Below are positions 1 to 64,000 of a stretch of 64,000 nucleotides of DNA, one piece after another. The position numbers were made by a program, and so were the translations under genes. Below the pieces are notes generated by a model. It was not told the DNA's origin. It saw nothing but the letters and a program-made list of their open reading frames with translations, and searched no databases. The DNA comes from Octopus vulgaris (lineage: Eukaryota), in NCBI GenBank assembly GCA_951406725.2, contig OX597830.1, positions 46,438,001-46,502,000 of the forward strand, read 5' to 3'. Every line of letters starts with the position of its first letter. Positions within the stretch are counted from its first letter, which is position 1.

Positions 1-1158
1 CATGAAAATAAAAAATTTAAACCCATCCCCCCATCAGACAGATGTAAGTTTTGATGTAATAACGGTCATGATGTCTTCCATCACAATTCTCATCTAATCT
101 CCACTCATCAGTAAGGAATCGTTGAGAGTAGTAATTAATATCTGAAGCTTTAGCCAAGCCTCCAATCAGTTACTTGCATACACTCACACAAACTAACTTT
201 TAAAATGCAGGCAAAGAGAGAGAAAGGCAGGTGTGAAGAATACATAACTTCAAGGAGGGGGGGAGGTGGCTTTTCTACACATACATACATATATATATAT
301 ATATATAAAGATATAGACATACGTACATACATCTACTATACACCATTTTCAACTCGTGATTACCTGTGTGTACGTGTGTGCCATATCGTATAACTGTCTG
401 TCTCTCTACTTTTATAGGGTCTTCCCTGTTGCTGTCACATATTGTGAGATTTTAAAATTATGTCAAAATTTTCAAATTTGGTACATTGAAATAATTTTCC
501 ACATTAAATCTGATTTTGTTATTCATTTGTTCCAGGAAAATTGCAGAAAAATGTTACTGATGTTTAAAGTTTAATCAATTTTACCTAATCAGAAAACGGG
601 ATTTAAAAGCCGGTGTTTTCTGCATGATAGCTGTCTATCACGAAATGAAAGCAAAATCATTAGGAGGAGGAATTTTTATTAAACAAATGAAAGCAAAGCA
701 TTACAACAACAAAAGTTATAAGAACTTTTGAAGTTTTGATGAATGAAGTCATGCGAAACAGTTGAATAGACATGTAAATAATTTAAAAGGGGGGGAAAAA
801 AAGAAATCCTCAACAAAATTTTTTTGTGAAAAATTGCACAAATCTTTCCTGATCAAGAAGCCTAACTGACATGGAATAAACAAAAGTTTATATAAGACAT
901 TCTATTGTAAAAAGAATTGCCCAGAAATGACAGGCTATTCAGCTGGTTTTTAATAGAAACTTGTCTATTGGTCGCATATGACAGAAAAATTTAGAAGAGA
1001 CAGAGTTTTTAAACACTTTTTTGCTTTTCCTGAGAATATCTTAAACAATAAAATATTCCAAGGGAAATTCAAGAAAATCTGTCTAAACTTAAGAAACACA
1101 GAATGAACATTTACAATCCAAGAAACCTGGAAATGAAGATGGTATGCTTTTAAATTAC

Positions 1159-57253
<56,095 letters not shown>

Positions 57254-57399
57254 TTTCTCTTTTGCTTTCTCTTTCGCTCTTTAAATGATGCCGTTGGCTG
57301 ACAGAATCGAAGAATGTTTAAATCAAATGTATTCCAAAGAGATCATCGCTAGATTTCATTGGTACAGAATAAAAAAGAATTCTACCACAAATTCTTAAC
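57254..57399 (-). other. Probable 5'UTR part of the first coding exon
   Basis: acceptor atttttcag| at 57400-57401; alternative acceptor ctgtcag| at 57298-57299. Confidence 0.55.
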
Positions 57400-57644
57400 C
57401 TGAAAAATATAAATTGTAAACATTATGAAATAATTTCCATGCAAAGGCAAACACTCTGAAAGAATAAATACAAAGGAAATCCAGACACAGAAACAATAAA
57501 CTTGAGATGAAATTAATTCTTTTAAAATGTCTCAAATGAGAGTTCTTCAAATCCTATAGCTTTCACTCAGGTATAAGACAAGAAATTCAATACAAAACAA
57601 CAAGCTTGGGAATGATGGCTATTATTCTATTCTCTAAACAGAAC

Positions 57645-57845
57645 AGCAAACTGGCAAAGTCGTTAGCATGCCAGGCAAAATGCTTGGCAGAATTTCATCC
57701 AGCTGTATGTTCTGAGTTCAAATTCCACCAAGGTCAACTTTGCCTTTCATGTCTTCAGGGTTGATAAAATAAATACCAGTTTAGCATTGGGGTCCATATA
57801 ATTGATTTACTTCCTCCCTGAAATTGCTGGCTTTCTGCCAAAATA
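57645..57845 (+). mobile_element. Diverged SINE family A copy
   Basis: ctggcaaagtcgttagcatg...gagttcaaattccacc...gcctttcat. Confidence 0.75.
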
Positions 57846-58071
57846 AATACATTATATGAGTTTTAGTTATTAAAAAATGGGGGTCACATTAGATTCAACA
57901 TAACATTGTACTTAATAATACAGTCTATTTAAATGGTAGGGATAGAACTGGAACAGAACTGGTTGATCCTTTGGCATTCTGGTTACTCCATCAAATTAAG
58001 GCTCATTTATTCACATTCCTTTTCATTAATCACACATTATCTCATAGCTTTGAGATTTTGATGTTGTAATT

Positions 58072-60678
58072 GTTTAATGTCCGCTTTCCCTGCTGGCATG
58101 GGTTGGATGGTTTGACTGAGGACTGAAGGCTACACCAGGCTCCAATCTGATCTGGCAAGGATTCTACAGCTGGATAGCCTTCCTAATGTCAACCACGCCA
58201 AGAGTGTAGTGGGTGCTTGTCACATGCCACTGGCAATGACCACGCTCAAATGGTGCTTTTTAGGTGCCAGTCAGGTAGTACTGGCATGAACCACGACAAT
58301 GATTTCACTTGACTCAAGAGCTCTTCTCAAGCCCAGTTTATTGCCCAATGATTGAAGGGTACTCTTAAACGGGCCAGTTATGCTGCACTGGCATAGGCCA
58401 CGGTTACGGTCTCACTTGGCTTGCCGGGTCTTCTCAAGCACAGCATATCTCCAATGGGTTCGGTCACTTGTCATTGCCTCCATGCGGCCCAACATTCAAT
58501 GGGCATGCTTCACAACCTCATCCCAGGTCTTCCCGCCACTGTTAGTGTGTGCCACTTCACACAGCTGACCTCATCCATATACAACACATGACCATACCAG
58601 CGCAGTCATCTCTCTTGCACACCACATCTGATGCTTTTTAGGTCCAACTTTTCTCTCAGGGCGCTTACACTCTGTCGTGTATGCACACTGACATTACACA
58701 TCTAGCAGAGCATACTAGCTTCATTTATGGCAAGCTTATGCATGTCCTCAGCAGTCATAGTCCATTTTCACTACTGTCTAGTATGGCTGTCCGTGCACAT
58801 GTGTCATACAGTCTACCTTTCACTCTGAGTGAGAGGCCCTTTGTTACCAGCAGAGGTAGGAGCTCTCTGAACTTTGACCATGCTATTCTTATTCTAGCAT
58901 CCACCCCAGCTACTGACTCAGTCACCTAGGTAACGAAAACTATCAACTACTTCTAGTTTTTTCCCCTGGGATGTGATGGAAGCTGTTTTCTGCACATTTT
59001 CAGTGTTTATTGCCTCTGTGCATTTTCCACACACAAAAACTATCTTCTCAGCCTCCCTTTGAAATTGCTGCACTTCATATGTGTCCATAGCTTATACTGG
59101 GTACATCGTATGAAGTTTCTACCTACACCTGTTCTTCAGATTGAGCAGGACCATCTACCTGAAGGGGTTTGTGATTTGTCTGCTTTCCTACTTACTAAGA
59201 CTTCAATTTTTGCTACATTGACTCTAAGGTTCTTCGATTCTAAACCTTGCTTCCACACCTGAAAATTCTCTAGTTCTGATAGTGACTCAGCAATTAGAGC
59301 AAGGTCATCAGTATAGAGAAGCTCCTAGGGGCATCCTGACTTGAATTCCTGTTATTGCCTTGAGGACTATGAATAAGAGGTGGCTGAGGACTGATCCTTG
59401 GTGGACCCCTGCCCCTACCCAGAATTCTGCACTATACTCATTGCCGACCCTCACCTTACCAGTAGCATCCCTGTACATGGCTTGTACAGCTCTCACTAAC
59501 CACCACTCATCTATCCCTAGTTTCTGCACTGATCACCAGACAAGGGATCGAGGGACCCTGCCAAAGGCATTCAACAAAAGCCAAGTACAGAGGTTTATCT
59601 TTGGCTAGGTATTTCTCCTGCAGCTGTCTTACCAGAAATGTAGCATCAGTGGTGTTTTTCCCTGGCACAAACCCAAACTGCATCTCATCTAAACTAACTC
59701 TCTCCCTAATTAGTTGACTTTCATTACCTGATCCAACAACCTGTTACCTCTGTAATTATTCGTATCTAATGCATCACCTTTACCTTTGTAGCAGCTGAGT
59801 ATGGTGCTGCTACACCAGTCATTGGGTATGACCCCTTCCTGTATCACCTGGTTAACTATACAGGTGACTAGACTATAGCCGACACCACCAGATATTTTAA
59901 GCATCTCTGCAGTGATTACTGATGGGCTGGGGTGCTTTCCTTGTCTTCGTACTCTTAATTGCTTTATCTGCCAAGATACTGTCAATTCGGACAGTTGGTC
60001 CCTCTGCTGGACCAACATTTGGCAGACTCTCTTTCTGCCATTCATTCTCTCATTTAGCAACCTTTCATTGTGGTGTCTCCAAGTCTCTCTCCTTGCAGCC
60101 TCATTAAATGCAAGTGAGCCATCATCCATGCGGACACATTTCTCTCCTATGACATCACAATTCTCTCTCAGACACCGTCTTGCAACACAAAACACTTCAA
60201 GTCTTTGATCCTCACGACACAGAATAGTGGCAAATTTTTCTTATCTACTTCCTCTCTGGCTAAGTAAATCTGTCTCCTAGCTTCCCTTCTGACAATTTGA
60301 TACCCTTCCCTGCTACCACCATTCTTCCCATCCTTCCATGCCTGTTTCTTTTGCCTAATGGCCCTGTCAACTACATTGTTCCACCACCACATTACCTTAG
60401 GTCAAGAGGGGACTTTGCACCATCCACTGATCTGGTCAGTAGCCCTAAACAGATTGTCCCATAGGAACCTCCAGTTGTCTTCCACATCATGTGATGCCAT
60501 ATCCTCCTCTATCTCATGAAAAGCTTCAAGTAATACATCTCTAAATCTCTGTCCATTCACAGGATCCTTAAGCTTCCTGACCCTTCTTTTCCATGCTGGG
60601 CATCGTCTTCTGGGCATCCATTTAGCCCTGATCCTGAAGTCACTAAGTACTAAGCTATGTTGTGGGGTTCATTCTTCA
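58072..60678 (-). mobile_element. Disrupted RTE-type LINE, same family (endonuclease end, RT, 3'UTR)
   Basis: ORF pieces WWWNNVVDRAI, IPNDW..YKGKGD..NYRG, GVHQGSVLS; same 3'UTR as 9700-10140. Confidence 0.9.
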
Positions 60679-63600
60679 AATGTGGCCAGTTTAATTGCCA
60701 AAAGGTTAAATGAAACAATGATAAGAATCCCTTTCAACATGTCGCAGGCCAGCAGAACTTCACTTCAGCACTGTGACCCAAGGAAACCCTTTATTAACAA
60801 GATTTGTTCCTATTGCAGACTATGACAAAATACTCCAGAGTTAAAGTGAACTAAGCCAGCAAGAGATAGAGCAATGTAATCTTTTCATTAGGTACCACAT
60901 CAAATTTGTATGACATGAGTGTAGTCAGTTAAAAGAACCCCAGTGTATAGCAGGTACTTATTTAAATAACTACAGATGGTCGGTTATGTGAACTCCAACA
61001 CAATTTGAAGACAAGGCTTAAGACACTGAAATAAATTGCATAAATCATCCACTCAGTCACACATCAATACGAACTCCTCTGTTTCTCTCCTTCAACAATA
61101 AAATACTAAGAATTCATTCCATTTCACTGTATTTCTTCCTCTCCAATGATTGACTTTTTATCCAATCATAAGCCACCAATAGTATTGGAGCCTATTTCAA
61201 GGTGATGTGAACCACAGCAAGATTTGAGATCTAAAATAATATTATTATTGTCACTGGTTAGCCCTAGGTCAATCCTTAATTGAACAGTCTATAATCAAAG
61301 GCATTCCAGCCATGACCAATCTGTCCTTTTAGGGGTATTAGACTACTTTATCCACTGTGTTATTTCCTTATTAAAGATGGTAGGGTGAGGTTTAACGAGG
61401 ATTTAACTGCTACTTGTAGCAGAAACTGTGACCATGAACAGGCTCCCTCATTAGCCTGCCAATATTGCTAATTATTTAATTAATGACACTAGTATTTCTG
61501 GTAATCTAACAACCAGGATAATAACAACTATAATTCATAACATAGGCACAAGTCCACAACAAACTTTGGTGTGAAAGTGCAACCAAATTATAACAACACC
61601 AAACATTTGATTGGTACTTTATTTTATCCCATTCCCCACCCCACAGAAAGAGGTAAGGAAAAGTCTACTGCATCACACCAATTGCGTTAACAAGTGGAGA
61701 AGTTCAAAAGAAGAGCAATTTTGAAAGGAAAGGATTGGCCAAAGTACCAAATGCAGGATCTGGTGTGGGGTGACGCAACTCAACAGTGAACTTGCGGTTG
61801 GATAAAAGCGTTGAGAACAAGGAAGTAAAAACACAGAAATATGCTGATGATAATACTATCAACCTTTCCCAAAGTTTTCTTCTATTTAGTCAATTCTCGA
61901 AACAGGCTGACAACTGCAAAACATGTCTGTTTATTATTTAAATCAAATAAAATCGTACCAAGTTTACATGTGTTGCTTAAATAAACTAACACCCAAGTTC
62001 CTGTGTGTGTACCTACTAAATATCTCCTGGCTTCCCAGCTTACATTCCTCCGTAGTATAAGTTGGGATTTACTGAGGGTTCCCTTCACTCACTTTATTAT
62101 TATTTCTCATTGTTACACAAAGTAACTATTATGTTCCTTTCTCCTTCTTTGCTTAACTTATAGACCAATCACTCATGGTGCTGAAAAAATGTCTTTAGTT
62201 CAACAGTAGCTGATGAGGTAAAAAGTCACCAACTCTTGTGAAATAACTTGTAAATATTCCTTTTTTTTTTTAATGTGGTGTATTGAAGTTCATTATTCTT
62301 GTTTGTCTAATTGAAAAAAGTCATAGCACTGATTACTTGTTGAGCTATTGAGCACTCTCACCAATTAAATATCTTGCTGTCTGAGCAAAGAGTTCATCAA
62401 AACAAACAAGAAAACAGACAAGTATATAAATGGCACAACAAAGCCTGTGTGAGCAGAGATCATTTTTGACTGTTCCAGGACAAGAGAGAAAATTTATGAA
62501 TAAAATAAAACAGTCATTTCAATGGAATCTTGATTCCAAAAAATATAAAATAACTAAAATTGCAAAAAAAAAAAAAAAAGCCAGTAATTTGTTAATCCCT
62601 GTGGTGGGCAGGTGGCGGCTACTGGTTCTGTGGCACTCCCAACACAATATACTGAAGACAGTGAAATAAATCGGTGATTCAGAATAGAATAAATAGTGAT
62701 ATAATGTTTACATGCTCAGTCCCAAAGGAATAAGGTGTGTCTCTCTGTGTGTGTAAAAGGTGTGGTTTGCTTGGCATACTTACATGGTAATTAACATTTT
62801 TAATATTACTAAGTAGATCTGAATTTAAAAGTAATTAGTCATGTGGCTCATTGAGGAAAAGAAGGCGAGTTTGAGTTAAGTGTAGCAATACAAAGAGAAA
62901 ATTCCATAGAGATGTGGAGAACATCTCTATTGAAGAGAAAGTGTGTGCTTACTTGCCAGGTATTATGGTGATGTTTTGGGAAAGTAAAACTGAATAGAAA
63001 ATACAAACTAAAACAAAAAAAAAAATAAGAAGGAAAAGAAAATGAAGATAAAAAAGCTGGACACTAAGTTTGACTGATTTTATATGATGTAAAGATATGG
63101 GAGCCAGAAAAAAACAGTAATTTAGTAGCAGTAACAAAGACACACACACACACATATATACACACCTAGATTTGAATCAATCAATAGCTTCGTTAATCAT
63201 AGTAAGACTAATCAGAAAGCAAAGACAAAATGCCTCAAAACTTGCTACCAAAATATATTCAATACTCAAAGCAAGTATTTACATGAAACTTCACAAAAGA
63301 ACACACACACACATGCACAGAACCAAACACACACACACATCTTCCATTGTTTATTCACACATTTTCAAGTAGAAGCATGAAAACCAAACAGTTATTGAAC
63401 TGATAGATTCTGGATCACATTTCTCCATGTGCTTTTCACTGAGTCCATCCTCCTCGGTATATATGTTCATCAAATGGCAATTCTCTCTCCTCTGGTATTT
63501 TCGAGGAGTTAATATGTTCCGTTTCCCCAGGGTCACTTGAGAGCCTTCCAGCTCTTCCTCATGGTGCTCAGGTCTTTTCTGTTTTATCTTTCCTCTTCTT

Positions 63601-63780
63601 GCGTTTCCTTCTCGGTGTTACAATTGCACACCCAAGACTCTAGCTTCCTCAAGAATATCACCAGAAAGACAGACAGACATATTCTTCGTTCTGATATTAT
63701 GTTTTGAAAGTTTCATAATGATGCTCTTCTTAAGACTTTCTTAATTTTTAAAATGCTTACAGTAATTCTCAAGATTTTCC

Positions 63781-64000
63781 TTAACCCTTTCGTTACCAAA
63801 CCGCCCAAAAAAAATTTTGGTTAATGTGACCAAGCCACCCAAACCCACCCGTATTTACCTATTCATATTTAAATGAGAATATCAGAGCAAATCTCTTTAG
63901 TACATTCGTGAAAACAAGTGATTATACTTCGTAAACAGTTCATCTACAGTTTTGTACAATGATCGAAGTGTAATTTTAATTCTGTGAATTTTGGGAGATT
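63781..64000 (+). mobile_element. Probable piggyBac-type element end, running off the window
   Basis: TTAA|CCCTTTCGTTACC start. Confidence 0.45.

Noticed and set aside
17-141. Phase-compatible open stretch after cttcag| (DINYYSQRFLTDEWRL...WV*) as a possible exon 30 or alternative terminal exon
   Set aside because: Weak pyrimidine tract, no good donor and no recognisable CHD similarity; left uncalled
63351-63620. Charged minus-strand open stretch as an upstream coding exon
   Set aside because: Bounded by stops, with no convincing splice sites or homology

Overview
Eukaryotic, AT-rich, microsatellite-dense genomic DNA. The SINE/LINE families suggest an octopus or other coleoid cephalopod (inference). 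Most of the window is one minus-strand gene for a CHD6-9/Kismet-type (CHD7/CHD8-like) chromatin remodeller. I traced 29 GT-AG coding exons in one continuous frame from the ATG at 57253 to 1159 (6445 nt, about 2148 codons). They encode a polyQ-rich N-terminus, two chromodomains, the SNF2 ATPase and HelicC lobes and the start of the post-helicase region; the 3' end lies beyond the window. Introns contain RTE- and CR1-type LINE fragments, two tRNA-SINE families, mariner/Tc1 and hAT relics, TTAA-flanked MITEs, a 71-bp mini-Helitron and a 24-25-bp minisatellite. The most unusual signal is a minimal type-I hammerhead ribozyme motif in pre-mRNA sense, nested in a ~94-bp-arm foldback (5740-6057). Decayed hammerhead-like motifs and long palindromes occur elsewhere. 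Repeat boundaries are approximate and were read by eye.
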